Assembly: GCA_043809585.1 (NCBI GenBank)
Contig: JBDROZ010000069.1
Span: 1 to 64,000 of the forward strand
Length of the DNA: 64,000 nt
Direction of reading: 5' to 3'
Origin: Candidatus Eiseniibacteriota bacterium
GTDB taxonomy: Bacteria > Orphanbacterota > Orphanbacteria > Orphanbacterales > Orphanbacteraceae
The stretch's first letter is position 1; the number at the start of each line of letters is the position of its first letter. Both the position numbers and the translations under genes were made by a program. Positions 58,907 through 64,000 of this stretch are shown in pieces. The notes beneath the pieces were generated by a model. The model was given only the letters and a program-made list of their open reading frames with translations. It was not told the DNA's origin and ran no database searches.

Positions 58907-59260
58907 ATGGAAATCGGCAAAGACCTCGTCGCCGCCTCGGCGACACCGCTCGTGCTGGCCATCCTCAGCGAGGGAGAGAGCTACGGCTACGCCATCCTCA
59001 AGCGGGTCGACGAGCTCTCCGGTGGTGAGTTGCGGTGGACGGACGGCATGCTCTACCCCCTGCTTCATCGCCTCGAGCGCAAGGGTTACGTCAAGGCGGT
59101 CTGGGGCCGATCGGAGACGGGCAGGCGGCGCAAATACTATCGCCTGACCGGCGCGGGCATTGAACAGCTCGCCACTCAACGCCGTCAGTGGCAGGTGGTC
59201 GATTCGGCGCTGCGGGACATCCGGTTCACCGCTGCCGGCACGGCTCTGCAGCCGGGCTAG
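58907..59260 (+). CDS. PadR family transcriptional regulator
   Basis: ESYGYAI, GMLYPLLHRLE, RRRKYYRLT. Confidence 0.93.
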   Translation: MEIGKDLVAASATPLVLAILSEGESYGYAILKRVDELSGGELRWTDGMLYPLLHRLERKGYVKAVWGRSETGRRRKYYRLTGAGIEQLATQRRQWQVVDSALRDIRFTAAGTALQPG

Positions 59261-59272
59261 CGGTCCTCGAGC

Positions 59273-60652
59273 ATGGAGACACGCAAGGTGGAGAACAACG
59301 GGTCGCTGGAAGAGCGCATCGGGGAATGGCGGAACTACATCCGCAGGCGTCAGGCAGTGCATGCCGTCGATGTCGATGAACTCGAGGACCACCTCCGGAG
59401 CCAGGTCGAGGCCCTGAGCGAAGCGGGTCTGGACGACGACGAAGCATTCCTCGTCGCCGTCAAGCGTCTGGGAGACCTGGATTCGCTGTCGCGGGAGTTC
59501 GCCCGCGAGTACTCCGAGCGCCTATGGAAGCAGCTCGTGGTCTCGCCGGGCGCCGCCGCATCGTCGGCAGCATCCCGGGGAGCCGCGGTGGCCGTTGCAT
59601 GGGCCATCGCTGCGAGCATTGCGCTCAAGCTTCCCGAGCTCTTCGGCCTGCGAATGGGAGGATCGGACGCGGCCACCTCGTTCTACATGCGGAATCTCGG
59701 CCTTTTCGTCCTGCCCTTCCTCGCGGGATACTTCGCCCAGAAACGGGGTCTTTGTCGATCCGGATGGCTCTGGTTGACCGCGCCATTCATTGTGGCAGGC
59801 TTGGCCATGAACGTGATGCCCTTCCAGGCGGGCGGCCACACCGAGATTCTGGCCGCCCTGCACCTTCCCATCGCCTTGTGGCTGACCGTCGGTTTCGCCT
59901 ATGCGAACGGGAAGTGGCGCAGCCACGAACAGCGCATGAATTACGTGCGCTTCTCCGGCGAGTGGTTCATCTACTACATCCTGATCGCCCTTGGCGGCGG
60001 CGTCTTGATGGGCTTCGCTCTCTTCCTCTTCCAGGCCATCGGACTGGACCCCGAGACATCGGTCGTAGAGTGGGTTCTTCCCTGCGGGGCCGCGGGGGCG
60101 GTCCTCGTCGGCGCATGGCTCGTGGAGTCAAAGCAAAGCGTCATCGAGAACATGGCGCCCGTGCTCACCCTCCTGTTCACGCCGCTGTTCGCCATTCTGC
60201 TACTTTTCTTCGTTGCCGCCATGGTCTGGACGGGCAACGCCATTGACGTCGAGCGCGAGGTGCTCATCGGCTTCGACTTGCTTCTGGTGCTCGTGCTGGG
60301 TTTGCTGCTCTACTCCATCTCGGCGCGTGATCCGCAGGCCCCCCCCGGCCTTTTCGATCGGCTCCGACTCGTCTTGGTGCTGTGCGCCCTCGTGGTCGAT
60401 GCGCTGGCCCTCTGGGCCATCGCGGCACGCATTGTGGAGTTCGGTTTCAGCCCCAACAAGGTGGCTGCGCTGGGCGAGAACCTGATCCTTCTCGTCAACC
60501 TCGGCTGGTCGGCCGTGCTCTATACGCGGTTTCTATCGAAGCGCGGTTCGTTTGCTCCCCTCGAGCGCTGGCAGACGGGCTACCTCCCGGTCTACGCAAT
60601 CTGGGCTTGGGTCGTGGTCACGTTCTTCCCGATCGTCTTCAGATTCCAGTAA
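59273..60652 (+). CDS. Membrane protein with N-terminal permease-prefix domain
   Basis: ELEDHL...EAFLVAVKRLG prefix followed by many TM helices; typical PadR partner. Confidence 0.85.
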   Translation: METRKVENNGSLEERIGEWRNYIRRRQAVHAVDVDELEDHLRSQVEALSEAGLDDDEAFLVAVKRLGDLDSLSREFAREYSERLWKQLVVSPGAAASSAASRGAAVAVAWAIAASIALKLPELFGLRMGGSDAATSFYMRNLGLFVLPFLAGYFAQKRGLCRSGWLWLTAPFIVAGLAMNVMPFQAGGHTEILAALHLPIALWLTVGFAYANGKWRSHEQRMNYVRFSGEWFIYYILIALGGGVLMGFALFLFQAIGLDPETSVVEWVLPCGAAGAVLVGAWLVESKQSVIENMAPVLTLLFTPLFAILLLFFVAAMVWTGNAIDVEREVLIGFDLLLVLVLGLLLYSISARDPQAPPGLFDRLRLVLVLCALVVDALALWAIAARIVEFGFSPNKVAALGENLILLVNLGWSAVLYTRFLSKRGSFAPLERWQTGYLPVYAIWAWVVVTFFPIVFRFQ

Positions 60653-60748
60653 CGCCCGCGCGTGCCCACCGCTGCGAGCTCAGGCGAGGTCACTCAGCTC
60701 GTGGGTTTTCGGCGGGTTCCGCCAGTTCTGCTGTCGGAGCCAGTAGCC

Positions 60749-63673
60749 CTATTCATTTTGAAGTAGCTTTTCTCGCCATTCGTCCGCCTTGGCCGGCTTC
60801 TCCCATGCTTCGTAAAGGGCGATCACGCTTTCGAATGCTTCCCGCTTCTTGTCCACCGACGTCGCAGTATTGGATGCGAGGGTGGAGCAGCTCGGCACGA
60901 GGTGCGTTTCCGCCTCCTCGAATCGTCCTTGTCGGACCAGGATACCGCCGAGCAGGTTGCTCGCTCCCGCGGTCAGCACGTGGCCTTCAGGAAGGGCCTC
61001 TTTCCGGATCTCCAAGCAGCGGCGCAATAGCGATTCCGCCTCCTTGGTCTCCCCTCGGCGAATCAATACCGCAGCCAGGCCGTGCAGAGAGCGGGCGACG
61101 TCGGGGTGGTCGCCGCCGAGAATCTTCTCCTGCATGGCCAAGCCCTCCCGGTACCGGGACTCGGCCTCCTCGAGTCTCCCCTGGGCCATCAGAAAAGCCG
61201 CGAGGTCACTCTGGTTCAGGGCGATAGCCGAATGTTCCTCGCCGAGGGCTTTCTTTCGCATGGCCAGGGCGGCCAGGTAGAGGGACTCCGCCTCTGCGTC
61301 TTTGTCTCGGAATGCCAGCAAGCCGGCGAGCGTAGCGAGACACGTAGCGGTGTGCGGATGCTCCTCGCCGTAGCTCTTCTTGACCATAGCCACCGCTTCT
61401 CGGGAGAGAGGCTCGGCCTCGGCGTACCGCCCCTGGATCTTCAGCAGAGTGGCGAGGTTGTGGAGGTTTGCCGCCATGTTCGGGTGTTCTTCGCCGTGGA
61501 GCTTCCTCTGCATGGCGAGGGCCTCCCGGTAGAACGGCTCGGCTTCGGCGTACTTTCCCCGGAGGCGCAGAACAAGCGCGAGATTGCTGAGGCTTACGGA
61601 GATCTCCGGGTGTTCCTCTCCGAAAAGTTCCTTTCGAATGGACAGGGCTTCACGAAAGAGGGTTTCGGCCTCGGCGTATTTGCCCTCTTCTTGGAGGAGG
61701 GTGGCCAGGTCGTTGAGTGTCCCGGCGACCTGCGGGTGTTTCTCCCCGAGGAGCTTCGTCCGCATGGCGAGGGCTTGCTGGAACAAGGGCTCGGCCTCGG
61801 CATATTTTCCCTGAAGCTGGAGGAGGGTAGCCAGGTCATTCAGACCCTCGGCCACAGACGAGTGCTCCTCGCCGAAGAGCCGCCTTTGCATGGCAAGGGT
61901 TTCCCGGAGAAGCGGTTCGGCCTCGGAGTATCTTCCCTCGGACGAGTAGACGGAGCCGAGCCCAAGAAGGCCCGCCGCGATGTCGCCATGTTCCCCTTTG
62001 TGGAGCTTCTTCCGCATGGCAATGGCGTCCTGAAAGAGCCGCTCGGCCTCAGCGTATTCCCCCTGCATCTGGCGAAGAGAAGCAAGGTTATAGAGTCCCG
62101 TAGCCACATCCAGATGTTCATCTCCCAAGACGCTTCGCCGGGTGGCCAGGGCCGCCACCAGGTGGGAATCCGCGGAGTCATACAATCCCAGAGCCGCATA
62201 GGTGATGCCGATCGTACTGCGCACCGCCGCCTGGATCTCCGGTTGATCGGCCAGCTCCATCTCGACATGCCGGGCGGCCTCGTCCAGGGTCTCTCGGACC
62301 GTTACATCCTGCCCCTTTTCCGCAGGATTCACCGAACCCAGCATCTCCTGGAGGAATGTGTTGATCCTCGCGACTTTCAAAGCCTCACTCACCGCCCTCT
62401 CTCTCGCACTTTCCGCCCGGAAGAACATCGTCGTACTGACTCCCAGGCCGATCGCCAACGCCGTGATAATGGCGACGAGAGAACCGACCGCCCGCTTGTG
62501 CCGCCGGATCAACTTCATCAGGCGGTACGTCGTCCTGGGCGGCCCCGCCACTACAGGTTCATCCCGCAGGTAGCGCTCGATATCGAGCGCGAGCTCCGAT
62601 GCCGACTGATACCGTCGGGATCGATCCTTCTCCATCGCCCGCATGATGATCCAGTCCAGCTCACCGCGGACCCGCCTGGCAAGCGCTGAAACACTGGTCT
62701 TCCGCCCGTTGGCGACATCGACCGCCCGATCGCCAAGCGCGCTTAACCGAGAGCTCGGCTTCGGCGGCTCGTCTTCACGAATGATTCTTCGTATCTCGTC
62801 GTACCCTGCCGCCCGAAGCGCGCCTGATTCGAAAGGGAGCGCGCCGATGAGAAGTTCGTAGAGCAGCACTCCGAGAGAGTAAACGTCGCTCGTCGTGTCC
62901 ACATGAAGTTCGGTCAAATCCGCCTGCTCCGGACTCATGTACTCGGGGGTTCCGACGAGCTGTCCTTGCGCCGTGAATACGGTACACCCGGTGCGGATCG
63001 GGCTCGTGGCCTTCGCCACCCCGAAATCGATAACCTTCGGGATCGGGTTTCCGTTCTGGAGTGAAACGAGAATATTCGAGGGCTTGATGTCCCTGTGTAT
63101 GATCCCCTTCTGGTGCGCATGGTGGATCGCCTGGCAGACCTCGCCGAAAAGTTCGAGGCGCTCCCGGGTCGATAGACGGTTCGTATCGCAGAATTGGGTT
63201 ATGGGAACGCCTTTGACATGCTCCATCACGAAGTACGGACGGCCCTGTTCGGTGGCACCCGCGTCATGGATCTTCGCGATGTTCAAATGGTCCATCATCG
63301 CCAGAGCCTGGCGCTCCGACTCGAACCGGGCGATCACCTCCTTCGTGTCCATTCCCAGCTTGATAATTTTGAGGGCGACCTTACGACGAATCGGCGCCGT
63401 CTGCTCGGCCAGATAGACTTCGCCCATCCCGCCGGCCCCGAGAACCTCGAGGAGGCGGTACTTGTCGATCATGCTGCCGACCAGGCCGGGTGTGGCGCCC
63501 AAAGGCAAAGGGCTGGCTGAGCCTGGATCATGCGCGATGAGGCGGAGCACTTCGCTGACCAGACTCTCGTCGCCTCCGCACTCCTTTCTCAGAAACGCCT
63601 CACGTTCTGTTTCCGGTAGACCGGCGGCCCTGTGAAAGAGATCGGTGATTCTCTGGTGGCGCTCCGTGTCCAC
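60749..63673 (-). CDS. Ser/Thr protein kinase with TM segment and TPR array
   Basis: GAGGMGEV, VALK, HRDIKPSN, DFG, GTPEYMSPE; kinesin-light-chain-like TPRs (GEEHP). Confidence 0.95.
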   Translation of the reverse strand: MDTERHQRITDLFHRAAGLPETEREAFLRKECGGDESLVSEVLRLIAHDPGSASPLPLGATPGLVGSMIDKYRLLEVLGAGGMGEVYLAEQTAPIRRKVALKIIKLGMDTKEVIARFESERQALAMMDHLNIAKIHDAGATEQGRPYFVMEHVKGVPITQFCDTNRLSTRERLELFGEVCQAIHHAHQKGIIHRDIKPSNILVSLQNGNPIPKVIDFGVAKATSPIRTGCTVFTAQGQLVGTPEYMSPEQADLTELHVDTTSDVYSLGVLLYELLIGALPFESGALRAAGYDEIRRIIREDEPPKPSSRLSALGDRAVDVANGRKTSVSALARRVRGELDWIIMRAMEKDRSRRYQSASELALDIERYLRDEPVVAGPPRTTYRLMKLIRRHKRAVGSLVAIITALAIGLGVSTTMFFRAESARERAVSEALKVARINTFLQEMLGSVNPAEKGQDVTVRETLDEAARHVEMELADQPEIQAAVRSTIGITYAALGLYDSADSHLVAALATRRSVLGDEHLDVATGLYNLASLRQMQGEYAEAERLFQDAIAMRKKLHKGEHGDIAAGLLGLGSVYSSEGRYSEAEPLLRETLAMQRRLFGEEHSSVAEGLNDLATLLQLQGKYAEAEPLFQQALAMRTKLLGEKHPQVAGTLNDLATLLQEEGKYAEAETLFREALSIRKELFGEEHPEISVSLSNLALVLRLRGKYAEAEPFYREALAMQRKLHGEEHPNMAANLHNLATLLKIQGRYAEAEPLSREAVAMVKKSYGEEHPHTATCLATLAGLLAFRDKDAEAESLYLAALAMRKKALGEEHSAIALNQSDLAAFLMAQGRLEEAESRYREGLAMQEKILGGDHPDVARSLHGLAAVLIRRGETKEAESLLRRCLEIRKEALPEGHVLTAGASNLLGGILVRQGRFEEAETHLVPSCSTLASNTATSVDKKREAFESVIALYEAWEKPAKADEWREKLLQNE

Positions 63674-63683
63674 TCAAGCTCTC

Positions 63684-64000
63684 CTACGGCTCCAGTTGGC
63701 TCCGAAGCCAGGCGATGGAGAAACGAATCTCGTTCTTCACGGTCTTCTCGGATACATCGATCGTCTTCGCGATTTCCCGAATGCTGAGCCCTCCGAAAAA
63801 GCGAAGGTCGATGATCCGGGCTTGTCTCTCGCTCGTCCTTTCGAGCCGCCCGAGGGCTTCGTCGAGGTCGATGAGATCGAAGTCCAGGCTCTCACCGATT
63901 CTGCCGTCGATATCCTGAAGACTGAGTACGGTGACCCCTGACCCGCGCTTCTGCGCCTTTTTCCGGCGCGCATGATCCACGAGAATCCGGCGCATGGTTC
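63684..64000 (-). CDS. ECF sigma factor (TIGR02999-type), 3' part; starts beyond the window
   Basis: MRRILVDHARRKKAQKRG, LDEAL, LRFFGGLS; adjacent to the kinase. Confidence 0.9.
   Translation of the reverse strand, partial: TMRRILVDHARRKKAQKRGSGVTVLSLQDIDGRIGESLDFDLIDLDEALGRLERTSERQARIIDLRFFGGLSIREIAKTIDVSEKTVKNEIRFSIAWLRSQLEP

Noticed and set aside
1-64000. Genome-wide TGA reassignment (genetic code 4 or 25) as the explanation for the in-frame TGAs
   Set aside because: typA, gpsA and the GGDEF gene end at TGA at their expected lengths, and long genes otherwise lack internal TGA. The two cases seen both sit in CxxC-like motifs.
60749-64000. ECF sigma plus kinase-TPR pair as a novel system
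   Set aside because: A well-known pairing (TIGR02999-type ECF with Ser/Thr kinase); the TPR periodicity explains the DNA repeats there.

Overview
This is a high-GC bacterial chromosomal window with no rRNA, intact tRNA, transposase or CRISPR array. It carries many secreted proteins with an NPFNP/FlgD-Ig C-terminal domain or a short 'WGxIKxLFR' tail, which suggests an FCB-related candidate phylum (Eisenbacteria/Krumholzibacteriota/Latescibacterota-like); this placement is inference only. Ordinary genes include pruA, gpsA, typA, an M16 pair, S9, M48 and C25 peptidases, a nitrilase, EamA, GH12, PadR plus a membrane protein, and an ECF sigma/Ser-Thr kinase pair. Five signals stand out that the ORF track does not show. 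(1) Two secreted genes are interrupted by an in-frame TGA inside a redox motif (UxxC in an Omp28/thioredoxin-like protein, CxxU in a beta-propeller), each followed by a SECIS-like hairpin, so they are probably exported selenoproteins. (2) A 1737-aa kinase-STAND-TPR-GAF-sigma54 activator is followed by two copies of a perfect palindrome, a -24/-12-like promoter, a small secreted Pro-rich peptide, a catalytically dead sigma54-AAA protein and a lone receiver; this is a candidate peptide-linked signalling circuit. (3) Three dispersed RRM genes share a conserved ~200-nt 5' leader with a promoter and a long-range RBS-sequestering pairing. (4) A family of TA-flanked MITE-like repeats sits on stop codons, and one pair brackets a 1-kb cargo. 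(5) A degenerate tRNA-Asn 3' half marks a probable island edge near 58.5 kb. All functional calls come from motif recognition by eye; no searches or folding programs were run.
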